From positions 1 to 64,000 of IMG/VR virus record IMGVR_UViG_3300003322_000571: a stretch of DNA of 64,000 nucleotides; one strand, 5' to 3'. Position 1 is the stretch's first letter. Each line of letters begins with the position of its first letter. The translations under genes and the position numbers were made by a program. Below are positions 16,141-26,750 of this stretch, piece after piece. Below the pieces are notes generated by a model. It made no database searches and was not told the DNA's origin. It worked only from the letters and a program-made list of their open reading frames with translations.

Positions 16141-16983
16141 ATGTTTGCCAACATCGTCGCTGTTCCGAAGCTGAATGCACCCGATTCACGAGATGTGCTC
16201 GGATTGGTCAGCCATTCCAAACTAGCTGCACACGAACTGGGAATCAACTGCGAAGTATACGATCCGCAAAAGTCCTACGAAGGTACTACACTGTACCTGG
16301 CACTGGGCGGCGATGGCACAATGATCCATGCAATGAAGCTCGCGACCCAACATGGTGATGATGGATATGCGTACGGGATCAACCTTGGTAATGTTGGATT
16401 CTTGACGGAGCTCGGCTTGCGTGAGTTCCCGTACTTTGAACTGTACGACACGTTGATCGATCTGTTTAAGTTCGACAGTATGTACTACGAAGAGAGGATC
16501 GTCATTGAGACGACCGAACCGTATTCGTTGTCGGTCAACGAAGTTTCAATTTCTCAGCTGTATGCTGACGCAATGATTACGTACAGTCTTCGTGTTGATG
16601 GCCAAGATGCAGGCATTCACAAAGCGAACAGTCTTCTGATCGCTACTTCAACTGGTTCCACTGCCTATGCATTGTCGGCGGGTGGCGCTTTGATGACACC
16701 GACGCTGAAAGCGCTTCAGCTTGTTCCCGTCGCTCCAATTAAACTGACAGCTCGTCCGATCATTGTTCCGCACGATGCAAAGATTCAGGTTGAGGTGTGG
16801 GGCGAAGGTATTGCTGTCCGCACTGATGGCCAAGTGTTGATGCGGAGTTCTGATGTGTGGACAGAAAGCAATCCGTTCAAACTGACGCTGACGTCACACA
16901 ACAAGTTCGCCAAGGTTCTGCACAAGAATGGTTGGAATTTCTTTGATGTTCTCGCGGAGAAACTCGGATGGATGAAGAAGTGA
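16141..16983 (+). CDS. nadK: NAD+ kinase
   Basis: LGGDGT, GINLGNVGFL, NE, TSTGSTAYALSAGG. Confidence 0.92.
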   Translation: MFANIVAVPKLNAPDSRDVLGLVSHSKLAAHELGINCEVYDPQKSYEGTTLYLALGGDGTMIHAMKLATQHGDDGYAYGINLGNVGFLTELGLREFPYFELYDTLIDLFKFDSMYYEERIVIETTEPYSLSVNEVSISQLYADAMITYSLRVDGQDAGIHKANSLLIATSTGSTAYALSAGGALMTPTLKALQLVPVAPIKLTARPIIVPHDAKIQVEVWGEGIAVRTDGQVLMRSSDVWTESNPFKLTLTSHNKFAKVLHKNGWNFFDVLAEKLGWMKK

Positions 16984-17576
16984 AGTACGATTGGGAGAAA
17001 CTGCGGGACGAATTCAGTAAACACACAGTTAGGCATCCGACACTGATAGCAGTGATGCCACTTGTAGACCCACCTCGAGTGTTGAGTAGCCAAACTCCAG
17101 GCATTTATCCTGACAGAGACTACAGTCTCAAACGTATGTTGGACGCACCGATTATTGAGTTCAAGGACAAATACCATTTCCTGTCAAACTTCCACACTTC
17201 GGAGTTTGAATGGAGAGGAATTGTTTGGCCTAACGCAGAAGCTGCATACCAATCCGCGAAATCGGATAATCCGGCAGATTGGGAACGGTTCTCGAAGTTC
17301 ACCAATCCTGTTGTAGCAAAACGCGCCGGTAAGCAACTGAACCTTCGTTCAGATTGGGAGAAGGTCAAGATCCGGATTATGCTTGAAATTGTCCTGGCGA
17401 AATTCAGTCAGAACGATGAGTTGAAGCAACTATTGCTTGATACAGGTGACGCTCATCTTGAAGAAGGTAATTACTGGGGCGATAGGATTTGGGGTGTTAG
17501 CCCCGCGGGTTCAGGCCGAGGTCATAACTACCTCGGTCAAATTTTGATGCAAGTGAGGTCATATCTTCGTGGCTGA
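16968..17576 (+). CDS. NADAR (YbiA) family protein
   Basis: FLSNF, EAAYQSAK, KFSQN, WGDRIWG, NYLGQILM. Confidence 0.92.
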   Translation: MDEEVKYDWEKLRDEFSKHTVRHPTLIAVMPLVDPPRVLSSQTPGIYPDRDYSLKRMLDAPIIEFKDKYHFLSNFHTSEFEWRGIVWPNAEAAYQSAKSDNPADWERFSKFTNPVVAKRAGKQLNLRSDWEKVKIRIMLEIVLAKFSQNDELKQLLLDTGDAHLEEGNYWGDRIWGVSPAGSGRGHNYLGQILMQVRSYLRG

Positions 17577-17604
17577 TAAATGGTATGCTGGAATTGGCCG
17601 CTAA
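17569..17604 (+). pseudogene. orphaned original N-terminus of the SLOG/DprA-like gene (MADKWYAGIGR*)
   Basis: Matches WYAGVGS at the start of ORF 18170; has its own GAGGT RBS. Confidence 0.7.
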
Positions 17605-17624
17605 ATACCCGCATAGGAGGGTAT

Positions 17625-18209
17625 ATGGGACATACGCGATCTAGCACACCACGAGAACTCGAAATTCGTACAGAAAATAGGTACACTTTACATCCGCAGG
17701 ATAAGAAACGATGTACTAAGTGTGAGATGTTATATGTTGGTATAGCTGCTAACTTTGATATTCACCACAAGAAAGTTGATGGTACGGTAGTATACGCAGG
17801 TCAATGTAGAACCTGTTTAGCATCTGTAAGAGCAGAACGGACACATCGGTACAAGCAAGATATTAACTTGTACGTTCGGAGATTCCTACCAGCTGTTCGT
17901 TGCAGGGCGAAAGAAGAAGCATTACAATTTGATTTAGATGCAGAATGGTTAGTTGAGATATGGGCTCGTCAAGACGGAAGATGTTACTACACCAATGATC
18001 TGTTAGATCTATCAGCAACTACGGAAAAAGGTAGTCATCCACATCTCAATTTTCCTTCGTTGGACAGACGTATTCCCGCGGAAGGGTACGTTAAGGAAAA
18101 TGTAGTGTGGACGTCGTACGGTGTAAACCGCATGAAAAATAACTTGACTGACACACAGTTCATAGAATTATGCAAGACAGTAACGTTAAACGTTGGTACG
18201 CAGGAGTAG
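17625..18209 (+). CDS. putative homing endonuclease (zinc-finger plus HNH-like)
   Basis: CTKC, CRTC, QDGRCYYT, PSLDR, GYVKENVVW..VNRMK. Confidence 0.8.
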   Translation: MGHTRSSTPRELEIRTENRYTLHPQDKKRCTKCEMLYVGIAANFDIHHKKVDGTVVYAGQCRTCLASVRAERTHRYKQDINLYVRRFLPAVRCRAKEEALQFDLDAEWLVEIWARQDGRCYYTNDLLDLSATTEKGSHPHLNFPSLDRRIPAEGYVKENVVWTSYGVNRMKNNLTDTQFIELCKTVTLNVGTQE

Positions 18210-18721
18210 GAAGTAGGTCTACACCCGATTCCGTATTAGAATTGATGCGTGAGTTTGCCTTTCAAGCAGCTTACACATATGACTGGGGTCTTCGTTCGGG
18301 AGCAGCACCAGGCGCTGATAGCGCATTTGAAGTTGGTGCAGTTGATGCGGTCGGAGATTGTGAAATCTTCCTGCCGTGGAAAGGGTTTGCGGGACATACG
18401 TCGCAGCTGACCACGTCACTTCCGAATGCACACAAGATCGCTGCAGCAATCCATCCCGTGTGGTTCAAGCTAAAACCAGCTGCTCGTGAGCTGGTTGCTC
18501 GGAACATGCACCAGATTCTTGGTCCTAACCTCGATAACCCTGTCAAGTTTGTCGTTTGCTGGACCAAGGATGGTTGTGAAACAATCGAAGATTATTCGAT
18601 TACGACGGGTGGGACAGGAACAGCAATCGCTTGTGCTTCCGCACGAAACATCCCCGTTTTCAACTTGAAGAACCGCGGACGACTGGAAGCAGCGTACGCA
18701 TTTATGAAAGGATCGGTATGA
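18170..18721 (+). CDS. SLOG/DprA-like nucleotide-processing protein
   Basis: YAGVGSRSTP, LRSGAAPGADSAFE, ARN, GGTGTA. Confidence 0.8.
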   Translation: MQDSNVKRWYAGVGSRSTPDSVLELMREFAFQAAYTYDWGLRSGAAPGADSAFEVGAVDAVGDCEIFLPWKGFAGHTSQLTTSLPNAHKIAAAIHPVWFKLKPAARELVARNMHQILGPNLDNPVKFVVCWTKDGCETIEDYSITTGGTGTAIACASARNIPVFNLKNRGRLEAAYAFMKGSV

Positions 18722-19431
18722 TCATTATTGGTATTATTGCAGCGTTGTTGATCGTTGATTTGTTCTTGCTCGTGCGAGAACGGTTCTACTGGGCTCTCAC
18801 GTTGTACATTGCAGCAATTGCTGTTGCTGTTCACAAAATTGACGGCGTCCAGGAATTCATTCTCAGCAATGGTATCTGGGGTATTGTCAGCGCAGCTGGT
18901 GTATATCTGGCAATCGGTGGTCTCGTGTCAATTCTGAAGTGGTATCAACGTATTCGCAAGTACGGCGTCAAGCTGAAAGCAACAGTTGAGAAGTTCAATA
19001 CATCGTACAAGAATCCTGAACCAAAGCCCGGCGTTGAAAAGACTGTTGATGAGCCAGTTGCAGGTATTCCGATCAAGACGAAGCAGACGCAACCTAAGCA
19101 GTTTACTACCGAAGAATTGACGATCGCACGTCGCAAGGCATTGTATGACAAGCTGTATTCAGCTGGCCTATTGAAAGACGCAGACATTTCTCTTGCGCCG
19201 AGCGAAAAAGTTCTGCTCGACGAACAACTGTTCAAAGATGCAATCACTCCTCGTGCAAGCTGCAACAAGGAACGCATCACGATGTGGATTCTGTTGTGGC
19301 CGTTCGTCGCCGTTACATTCTTCGTGGAAGACTTCCTCGGCAACCTCGCTACATGGATGATGGAGCTGCTTAACGGCGTGTACAGCAAGATCGCCCGTAA
19401 CGCTGTCGACCAAAACATTGGAGAGATCTAA
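18718..19431 (+). CDS. membrane protein
   Basis: Several transmembrane segments. Confidence 0.7.
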   Translation: MIIIGIIAALLIVDLFLLVRERFYWALTLYIAAIAVAVHKIDGVQEFILSNGIWGIVSAAGVYLAIGGLVSILKWYQRIRKYGVKLKATVEKFNTSYKNPEPKPGVEKTVDEPVAGIPIKTKQTQPKQFTTEELTIARRKALYDKLYSAGLLKDADISLAPSEKVLLDEQLFKDAITPRASCNKERITMWILLWPFVAVTFFVEDFLGNLATWMMELLNGVYSKIARNAVDQNIGEI

Positions 19432-19943
19432 TGAGCACAGCACAAGAAGTTGTGCTGGTTGAACAAACAATTCCGGAGGCCGTCAAACAAGATACTGATG
19501 CTGCCCTCCGTGTAATTGACGAAGCCCGTGCACACGGTTTTGTTATCTACCTCGGTGGTTCACGCAGAATGGCCGAGCGTTCCCCTGAATTAGTTTTGAT
19601 CAATCAGGAAACTGATTATGATTTCTACGTTCAGAATAGCCCTGAAATCGAACACTTTTTGATCGACAAAGGGTTTCAGTATAGTGATCGTACGAGGAAG
19701 GTCCAGCAAGGACTACAATCGTATGATTTCGATACGAGCACGGTTCTTGTTTTGAAACAAGGTCGTGTAGAGATTTCACTCCGTAAGGACGTTAATCTGT
19801 ACAGGACAGTGTTTGAAAACATAGATCCGTATGTTTACCAAACGGTGTTGTGGAAATCCTCTCCGCACCAACCGAACCGTGAACTGATTCAACCCATCTT
19901 TAACACTTTTCTTTCTATCGCAAGCGCTGCGAAAGGTCTTTGA
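19431..19943 (+). CDS. putative nucleotidyltransferase-fold protein
   Basis: LGGSR...TDYDF. Confidence 0.5.
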   Translation: MSTAQEVVLVEQTIPEAVKQDTDAALRVIDEARAHGFVIYLGGSRRMAERSPELVLINQETDYDFYVQNSPEIEHFLIDKGFQYSDRTRKVQQGLQSYDFDTSTVLVLKQGRVEISLRKDVNLYRTVFENIDPYVYQTVLWKSSPHQPNRELIQPIFNTFLSIASAAKGL

Positions 19944-19945
19944 TT

Positions 19946-20221
19946 ATGCTGTACATTGCTGCCGACAAGCGCAACCTGTTTGATAATGCCATCCACACTA
20001 CTCTCCAAGCTCTTCGTGAGGCAGAGTGTGATTTCGATGACAAGGATTATGAATCAAACGTTGGTTATCTGATTCTCCACCTGCTGAAGACGACTCACTC
20101 TGCTGACAAGAGTTCTGACGATGTGATTCGTGCACTAGGTGTTCTCGAGACGGTCAAGATGGAATACATGCGCACAATCGGTATTCCAGTAGCAAAACAA
20201 CAACAGTACGACGTCGAATAA
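19946..20221 (+). CDS. hypothetical protein
   Basis: ORF. Confidence 0.65.
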   Translation: MLYIAADKRNLFDNAIHTTLQALREAECDFDDKDYESNVGYLILHLLKTTHSADKSSDDVIRALGVLETVKMEYMRTIGIPVAKQQQYDVE

Positions 20222-20301
20222 CTCGCTGAAGTTCTGTTAAGGAACCCCTTGTTGGTCGTTGCATATATAACGTATGTAACCATCAACAAGGGGTTTTTCT
20301 T

Positions 20302-20481
20302 ATGTTTACTGAAGTTCAACAGACGCTTTATTCGATTCGCGTTAATGGCCGCGTTGTTGCCAGCAATCTCCCTTCACGTCAACTTGCAGAAGCACAGCTG
20401 CTCACGTTGCCAGCAGAGCAACGTGCTCTCGCAGAAATCGTGCCTGTAACCGCTGACGGTCGTTCTCTCCTTCTCGGGTAA
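20302..20481 (+). CDS. hypothetical protein (59 aa, below the ORF-track cutoff)
   Basis: MFTEVQQTLYSIRVNG...DGRSLLLG. Confidence 0.6.
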   Translation: MFTEVQQTLYSIRVNGRVVASNLPSRQLAEAQLLTLPAEQRALAEIVPVTADGRSLLLG

Positions 20482-20549
20482 TTTTTGCCGAACATGGGGC
20501 ACTTTTTGTAAATAGGAACGGATTTTCTGACCTATAAAGAAAGTGCTCG

Positions 20550-20705
20550 ATGGACATCCTTACTACTACCGATCTACTCGAAACCATCAACGAAGTTATT
20601 CGTACGTTGGAGGCAGACGAGAGTGTGTTTTATATCGCTTTGGACGTCGCTCATCAACTGAGAGATGAGGTTCAACAAGCTTTGGCTGAATGCAGCGAAG
20701 ACTGA
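20550..20705 (+). CDS. small acidic hypothetical protein
   Basis: ORF MDILTTTDLLETINE. Confidence 0.45.
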   Translation: MDILTTTDLLETINEVIRTLEADESVFYIALDVAHQLRDEVQQALAECSED

Positions 20706-20729
20706 TAAATACTCCATACGGAGAAAATT

Positions 20730-20957
20730 ATGCGCTTCCTGCGAGAACTACTTCAAGAAATTCATGACAAGCGTGGCGACAATGCCGATAACGCTGTTGA
20801 GGACATCGTCTGCGTTCCAGACGATGAAGCTGTTCCTGCAAACGGCACAAAGACTACTGATGTGCAATCTAAGAGGAAGGTTACCACTCAAGTCGACAGG
20901 GCTACAGACTCGTTGATTAAGACGTTGTGGTACTACAACGATGCAGATGCGAGTTAA
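20730..20957 (+). CDS. hypothetical late protein
   Basis: TAAATA plus GGAG upstream. Confidence 0.6.
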   Translation: MRFLRELLQEIHDKRGDNADNAVEDIVCVPDDEAVPANGTKTTDVQSKRKVTTQVDRATDSLIKTLWYYNDADAS

Positions 20958-20962
20958 TCAAT

Positions 20963-21409
20963 ATGGACGAACTACGTAAACAACTAAAAGAAACACTGGC
21001 CTCGGTGTTTGCCTTCTATCTCAAAGTGCACAATTGTCACTGGAATGTCGAAGGTCCTGAATTCTATGAATATCACAAGATGTTCCAGAAGATTTACGAG
21101 GATGTTTATGATTCTGTCGATGCGCTAGCAGAACACATTCGTACTGTTGGCACGTATGCTCCAGGTGGCCTTAAGCGTTATCAAGAATTGTCGTTGATTG
21201 ACGATGCAACAGAAGTAATGACATCATCTCAGATGATCGAAGTACTGATGCAGGACAACGGTGTGATCATCCAGTCGCTGAATGACGCATTCAAACAGGC
21301 GCAAAAGCAAAATCTCCAAGGGCTAATGAACTATCTAGCGGATCGAATCGATCAACACCAGAAATGGGGCTGGTTCCTCCGCGCGTCATCAAAGAAACGA
21401 GGCGAATAA
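20963..21409 (+). CDS. dps: Dps / ferritin-like protein
   Basis: HWNVEGPEFYEYHKMF, DALAEHIR, HQKWGWFL. Confidence 0.93.
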   Translation: MDELRKQLKETLASVFAFYLKVHNCHWNVEGPEFYEYHKMFQKIYEDVYDSVDALAEHIRTVGTYAPGGLKRYQELSLIDDATEVMTSSQMIEVLMQDNGVIIQSLNDAFKQAQKQNLQGLMNYLADRIDQHQKWGWFLRASSKKRGE

Positions 21410-21410
21410 C

Positions 21411-21569
21411 ATGGAATTCCTAAAGCAATTGCTTGCCGAGAGCAAGGAAGAGAAAAAGAAGAAGGGCATCAAGTCTAAAGCAGCTGATGTCTATCACCGC
21501 GACTATATGAAGACGCGCAACAAGCCGTATCGTAAGTACGACGCTCAAGAGCGTTCAAAGGACGAATAA
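21411..21569 (+). CDS. small basic hypothetical protein
   Basis: ORF MEFLKQLLAES. Confidence 0.55.
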   Translation: MEFLKQLLAESKEEKKKKGIKSKAADVYHRDYMKTRNKPYRKYDAQERSKDE

Positions 21570-22363
21570 TGACATTCAAAAAAGTCTCTCGCCTCGATGA
21601 AGGTCCTCTTGACTTTGCTCGCGGATTCGGACGCGAAGGTGTTCGCCAAGTAAAGAATTCTGGAATTGGCCGTGCTGTAGGTAACATGGTTCAAGCGGGA
21701 CGTGATGCATCTGCAGAGGCTGATGCAAAGGCAGTCCAGACGCAATTGATTCAGTCTGTTCAACAGCTTGGTCAGCTCGTTGCAAAGTACAATCAGCTGA
21801 CAGGTCAAGTTCCCGACGAAGTACCGCAGGGTGATGATCTTCCTGACAACCCACGTCCTGCTGATAATGGTCAACAGCCACATCAGCAACAGAAAGACAA
21901 TGTCAAGATGGGTGTTCCAGATGCTTTCCGCACCACGCAGAAGCCTAAAGGTCGTATCGGTCAGCACGGATTTGAATACACGTTTGACTCATACCTTCGT
22001 CAAGTGTATGGCACAGAAGAACAACTCGACGAAGGATTCTGGGATTTCTTGAAGGGTGCAGGTAAAGAAGGTGCTCGCGCAGGTGTTGAAAAGATTAAGA
22101 CGGCGTTGAACCCTGAGAAGTCAACTCTTGCTAAGATGTACCGTGCTGGCCGTCAAGCATCACATGATGGAAATGTCCGTAACATTCAAGCAAAGATGCA
22201 GCAGGTCGCGGCACAGATTGCTGCACTAGCAGAGAAGGTTCCTCAGAAGGAAGCTGCGATCCGTAGTGCAATTGCACAAGTGCCACAACCCCTACAACGT
22301 GCTACGATGTACTTTATTCGTCAAGCGATTGAAAGCAATGGACGTCAAGATCCAACTGTGTAA
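21569..22363 (+). CDS. hypothetical (possible internal virion) protein
   Basis: Two LDEG motifs, resembling prohead-protease cleavage sites. Confidence 0.65.
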   Translation: MTFKKVSRLDEGPLDFARGFGREGVRQVKNSGIGRAVGNMVQAGRDASAEADAKAVQTQLIQSVQQLGQLVAKYNQLTGQVPDEVPQGDDLPDNPRPADNGQQPHQQQKDNVKMGVPDAFRTTQKPKGRIGQHGFEYTFDSYLRQVYGTEEQLDEGFWDFLKGAGKEGARAGVEKIKTALNPEKSTLAKMYRAGRQASHDGNVRNIQAKMQQVAAQIAALAEKVPQKEAAIRSAIAQVPQPLQRATMYFIRQAIESNGRQDPTV

Positions 22364-22427
22364 TTGTTGACTTATTTCTCTTACCTAATTAAGCTCCAGT
22401 ACCTAAAAATACTGGAGCTTTTTTATT

Positions 22428-22736
22428 ATGGTCTGGAAGCTGTTCCTCGACGACGAGCGTTACCCATCTCAAGAAGGTTGGTTCATTGCACGGAGTTCAC
22501 AAGAAGCAATTGAACTGGTTGAGAAAATTGGAATGCCGTGCGAGATCGCTTTCGATCATGACCTTGGCGGTGACGATACGTCGATCAAGTTTATCTGGTG
22601 GGTAATTGATCAACATTACGACAACGGATTGGAGATTGGTGATCTCCAATATTCGATTCATTCACAGAATCCGATCGGCGCTGCCAACATCAAAGGTTTG
22701 ATGGAGGGGTTCCTCAACGATATCCGGAGTAACTAA
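22428..22736 (+). CDS. cyclic-phosphate-processing receiver domain protein
   Basis: LFLDDER, FDHDLG, HSQNPIG. Confidence 0.85.
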   Translation: MVWKLFLDDERYPSQEGWFIARSSQEAIELVEKIGMPCEIAFDHDLGGDDTSIKFIWWVIDQHYDNGLEIGDLQYSIHSQNPIGAANIKGLMEGFLNDIRSN

Positions 22737-22951
22737 TGGAACTAAAGGTACGAGCAATTGTCCGTGTTAAGCGAGCAAACGTCGAGTTTGCTCCAGGACT
22801 TGGAATTGGTGTCCTTGCAACACAAGAGTTCAAAGTTCAAGTGCCGTTGGGTCGAACTGTGACCGATCACAGAGTTTCAGCTTGCATTCATGATGTTGGA
22901 CAAGCATTGCTTGACGATAGTGTAGAAGTAATCTACGAGGAAGTGAAATGA
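22736..22951 (+). CDS. hypothetical protein
   Basis: Translationally coupled ORF. Confidence 0.6.
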   Translation: MELKVRAIVRVKRANVEFAPGLGIGVLATQEFKVQVPLGRTVTDHRVSACIHDVGQALLDDSVEVIYEEVK

Positions 22952-24021
22952 AAATCTACCTTGTCGGCGGTGCAGTTCGCGATATCCTTCTTGGTCTTGA
23001 GCCGAAGGATCGTGACTACGTCGTTGTTGGTGCAACTCCTGAAGATATGCTCGCTAAGGGCTTTTCGAAAGTTGGTGCATCGTTTCCTGTGTTCCTTCAT
23101 CCTGAAACTGGTGAAGAGTACGCTCTTGCACGTACCGAACGGAAGACGGGCGTTGGTTACAACGGGTTTGACGTGACGTTCGATACGTCTATCACTCTGG
23201 AAGATGACCTTCGTCGTCGTGATCTGACGATCAATTCAATGGCAATGGACCTCGAAACGAACGAGATCATTGATCCGTTCGGTGGTCAAAGTGATCTCAA
23301 GCGAAAGATCCTCCGTCATACAAGTGAAGCGTTTGCTGAGGATCCGGTTCGTGTTCTTCGTACTGCTCGGTTCGCAGCTCGGTACGGGTTTGATGTGTCA
23401 GAAACGACACTGGAGCTGATGGAACAGGTCGCTCCAGAACTTGACCATGTTCCTGCGGAACGAATCTTCGCCGAGTTCCAGAAGGGCTTGATGGAGAAAG
23501 CTCCGTACAGGATGCTTGGTGTACTGGTACAGTGCTACGCTGACAACGTTAAGTCGGTTGAACCATTTCTTCGTGGTGATCATGATCTGTGGCAACGTCT
23601 GCACCTTGTTCGAGATGATACGCCGTTGCATGTTCGGTTTGCTCTGATCGCTCGTCGCTTCCACCCGGAAGATTACGAAGCGTGCAAGATTCCTACAGAC
23701 CTTGCACGAGTGGCGAAAGCAGTTCAGTCGCACTTCTATCAATGGAAGGGACTTCGTACTTGCTCTGATGAACGGTTCGTTAAGATGTGTGACAGATACC
23801 GTGCTTTCAGCAACCCGGACTTCTTCCAGCAAGTGCTCGATGTATTTGAATTCATTGAACATCCGTACGCGATCAAAGGTGTATGGCGTGAACCTATCAA
23901 CGAACGTCTGGCGTTGGCAACGAGCATCGATGCTGCAACAATTGTTGCTAGTCTGCCGATTAAAGACGGCAAGTTGATTCAGGCGAAGATTCACGAAGCA
24001 CGTCTTGCCGCAATGAAGTAA
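22948..24021 (+). CDS. cca: tRNA nucleotidyltransferase (CCA-adding enzyme)
   Basis: [40 protein letters not shown]. Confidence 0.95.
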   Translation: MKIYLVGGAVRDILLGLEPKDRDYVVVGATPEDMLAKGFSKVGASFPVFLHPETGEEYALARTERKTGVGYNGFDVTFDTSITLEDDLRRRDLTINSMAMDLETNEIIDPFGGQSDLKRKILRHTSEAFAEDPVRVLRTARFAARYGFDVSETTLELMEQVAPELDHVPAERIFAEFQKGLMEKAPYRMLGVLVQCYADNVKSVEPFLRGDHDLWQRLHLVRDDTPLHVRFALIARRFHPEDYEACKIPTDLARVAKAVQSHFYQWKGLRTCSDERFVKMCDRYRAFSNPDFFQQVLDVFEFIEHPYAIKGVWREPINERLALATSIDAATIVASLPIKDGKLIQAKIHEARLAAMK

Positions 24022-24084
24022 CAGACTATTCTGGTCTGACATAAAGGGCGCAGGTAAATACTGCGCCCTTTTCTTTTGCTCAAA

Positions 24085-24405
24085 ATGATCAACGTAACAC
24101 AACCAGCTCGCCAACAAATCTTGAAATCCTTAGCTAAGCGTGGCAAAGGACTTGGAATTCGTATTGGAATCAAAACGACGGGATGTTCAGGCTTGTCATA
24201 CGTGCTTGAATACGCAGATCAAATCAACGATGACGACTACATCGTCATGTATGACGGTTTTGGGATTTTTGTAGATCGAAAACACACGGTGTACGTCAAA
24301 GAAATGACGATTGACTATGTTTGTAAGGGATTGAATGAAGGGTTTGAGTTCATTAATCCTTTAGAGAAAAGTCGCTGCGGTTGTGGAGAGTCTTTCCGCG
24401 TGTGA
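24085..24405 (+). CDS. iscA: Fe-S cluster assembly protein, IscA/HesB family
   Basis: TTGCSGLSY, CGCGESF. Confidence 0.93.
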   Translation: MINVTQPARQQILKSLAKRGKGLGIRIGIKTTGCSGLSYVLEYADQINDDDYIVMYDGFGIFVDRKHTVYVKEMTIDYVCKGLNEGFEFINPLEKSRCGCGESFRV

Positions 24406-24468
24406 CGTCAGTGTAAACCAGTGCAGTTCCATAAATATGTACACTAATGTTTGTACAAAGGAATTGCG

Positions 24469-24714
24469 ATGCCTACACTGGATTATCAATTTGACACGGG
24501 CCAAACGGTCTACAACATCGACCCGGATGACGGCATTCGTGATGCTGTTGTGAAGAAGATCGAGGCGACGATTCAGTACGGGAGTACTGCGTTGCAATAC
24601 ACGATTGCGTTCAAAAAGACTGCAGAAGGATTTGCTACAGTCGACGAATCGACACTATTCCCAACTGCTGAATCTGCTTGGGAAGCATACAGGGCCAAGT
24701 ACTTGGATAACTAA
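24469..24714 (+). CDS. hypothetical late protein
   Basis: TAAATA upstream. Confidence 0.6.
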   Translation: MPTLDYQFDTGQTVYNIDPDDGIRDAVVKKIEATIQYGSTALQYTIAFKKTAEGFATVDESTLFPTAESAWEAYRAKYLDN

Positions 24715-24716
24715 TC

Positions 24717-25226
24717 ATGGCAGCAGCTAATCAAGTCATTCGCGTAAAGCGTTCGACGGTACCTGGTCGTGTACCGTCTGTAGGTGACTTGCTGACCGGT
24801 GAAATTGCTATCAACCTTCCTGATGGAAAGATGTATTTCCTGAAGGACAACGGTACACCTCAAGTAGTTGAAGTATCAACATCGGGTGGTTCCGGGGGTT
24901 CGTCTGTTTATACAGAGTTCCAACAGAACTTTGCTTTTTCTTCTGCTGGCATCATTTCACTTGCCGCAATCCCTGCGAACAAAGTTGTAGTTGAAGTGAC
25001 CGTAACGGTGTTAACACCGTTTGATGGTACACCAACTTTGTCTGTAGGCGATAGCGTAAATCAATCATCACTCGTAGCAACCAACGAAAATAATCTAGCT
25101 GTTGCTGCAACATTCGCATTGCATCCGAACGTTTCATACTCGTCTGCTGACGTAGCTAACATCTACTTTACACAAGGTGGAGCTACGCAAGGAACGGGAT
25201 TTGTGACGATCAAAATGCAACAGTAA
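24717..25226 (+). CDS. virion/tail-fibre-associated protein
   Basis: IRVKRSTVPGRVP...GEIAIN..DGK fibre N-terminal motif. Confidence 0.75.
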   Translation: MAAANQVIRVKRSTVPGRVPSVGDLLTGEIAINLPDGKMYFLKDNGTPQVVEVSTSGGSGGSSVYTEFQQNFAFSSAGIISLAAIPANKVVVEVTVTVLTPFDGTPTLSVGDSVNQSSLVATNENNLAVAATFALHPNVSYSSADVANIYFTQGGATQGTGFVTIKMQQ

Positions 25227-25259
25227 CCTAAATATCTTGGGTAAAAAATTGGAGGCCTT

Positions 25260-26189
25260 ATGAGCATGTTTTCCGATCTGTTGGGTACAATTAAGCAGTC
25301 GTTTGCGGTCGGTATCCGCGGCGTGCTGCTTAAGAACAAGAGTGGTACTTCTGCTGGCAGTGAAGTATTGCAAGTCCGTAATGCAACTGATGCAGCATTT
25401 GCTGCTGTTGAAGTTGGTGACGTAACTGCAAATGCGGTTGGCGCTGCTTCTGTTAGCACAACCGGTGGTGTTACCGTTGGCAACGCCCTGACCGTTTCTG
25501 CTGGCGGTGCTAACGTCACCGGTGCTGGTACGTTCTCTGGCGCATTGCAGGGTACAGGTGTAACTGCTACAACTGGTAACATCACAGCAACTGCAGGTAA
25601 CATTTCAGCGACAGCTGGTTCCGTTGCTGCAGGTACGACTGTTACAGCTGGTACTAACCTCGTTGCTACAAGCAGCGTTGTTGTTGGTTCAGGTGCTAAC
25701 CAAGCGACTTTGTCTGCTCCAGCTTCGGGCGGTGCAACAACGTTGACGTTGCCAGTTGGTGGTGGTGCGAGCGGTTATGTTTTGTCGACAAACGGCGCTG
25801 GTGTATTGTCTTGGGTTGACCCAGGTTCTCCTACAACGAATGCAGCACGTTGGACGGCAGCTTCAACGACAATTGCTTTCAACAGTGGTGCTACGGTTGC
25901 AGGTGACGCAATTCCTTCCGGCTCTGTGATCGACAACGTTCAAGTGATTATTGATACACCGTTTGATGCAACAGGTGCAGCTTTGTCGGTAGGTATTACA
26001 GGTACACCTACAAAGTATATGGCTACGACAGACAGTGCTTTGAACTTTGCCGCAGCAACGGTGTTTGCAGTTCATCCAGGACTGCCGGCTGAAGGTTCTG
26101 CAACAGCAGTATCGATCGCCTTCACGGCAGGTACAGGTGGTACAGCAGGTTCTGCGCGAGTAATTGTAACGTACGCAGCTCCTCTCTAA
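25260..26189 (+). CDS. Gly/Ala/Thr-rich virion fibre protein
   Basis: Composition; late promoter; C-terminus similar to the preceding gene. Confidence 0.7.
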   Translation: MSMFSDLLGTIKQSFAVGIRGVLLKNKSGTSAGSEVLQVRNATDAAFAAVEVGDVTANAVGAASVSTTGGVTVGNALTVSAGGANVTGAGTFSGALQGTGVTATTGNITATAGNISATAGSVAAGTTVTAGTNLVATSSVVVGSGANQATLSAPASGGATTLTLPVGGGASGYVLSTNGAGVLSWVDPGSPTTNAARWTAASTTIAFNSGATVAGDAIPSGSVIDNVQVIIDTPFDATGAALSVGITGTPTKYMATTDSALNFAAATVFAVHPGLPAEGSATAVSIAFTAGTGGTAGSARVIVTYAAPL

Positions 26190-26209
26190 TCGTTATTCGC
26201 TTAGATAAC

Positions 26210-26234
26210 AAACCTCGCTTCGGCGAGGTTTTTC
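26210..26234 (+). terminator. intrinsic terminator
   Basis: AAACCTCGC-TTCG-GCGAGGTTTTT. Confidence 0.8.
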
Positions 26235-26279
26235 GTTTGGTCGATAAATATTGCCATCACCTTAAATGGAGTTAAAACA

Positions 26280-26750
26280 ATGGCTGTTCCAGCATACATT
26301 ACTAATGAACACGTTTTCTACAGTGACGTGACAACTGAGGCAGCATTGCTTCTCGATGGTTCACCGCAGTGGCTGTTGCCATGGCAATCTCTCGTCGATC
26401 AGCGCTCTCAAGACGACCTCGATGTACTTGTTCAAGCAAACGGTGGTTCTCTCCCTTTGTCGGATGTCAATATTGCTAAGACGACGATCCTTGATAATGG
26501 CCAATCGTGGTACGATACATATATCGGCGCTACGAAGTATGTTGTATTGGCTGACCTATTCACATACGCCGTATTCCACAACCCATATTCAAGCGGCGGT
26601 GGAGGCGGGGGTGGTAGTTATGTATTGCCACCAGCGACACAATCAGTACTCGGCGGTGTAAGTGTTCCAGCTGATGGTGGGCTTGTTGTCGACGGATCCG
26701 GCGCAATTGCGGTAGATCCAAACGGTAGTGTGGACGGCGGCGACTTCTGA
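26280..26750 (+). CDS. virion protein with a head-fibre-like motif
   Basis: YVLPPATQSVLGGV; terminal DGGDF. Confidence 0.65.
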   Translation: MAVPAYITNEHVFYSDVTTEAALLLDGSPQWLLPWQSLVDQRSQDDLDVLVQANGGSLPLSDVNIAKTTILDNGQSWYDTYIGATKYVVLADLFTYAVFHNPYSSGGGGGGGSYVLPPATQSVLGGVSVPADGGLVVDGSGAIAVDPNGSVDGGDF

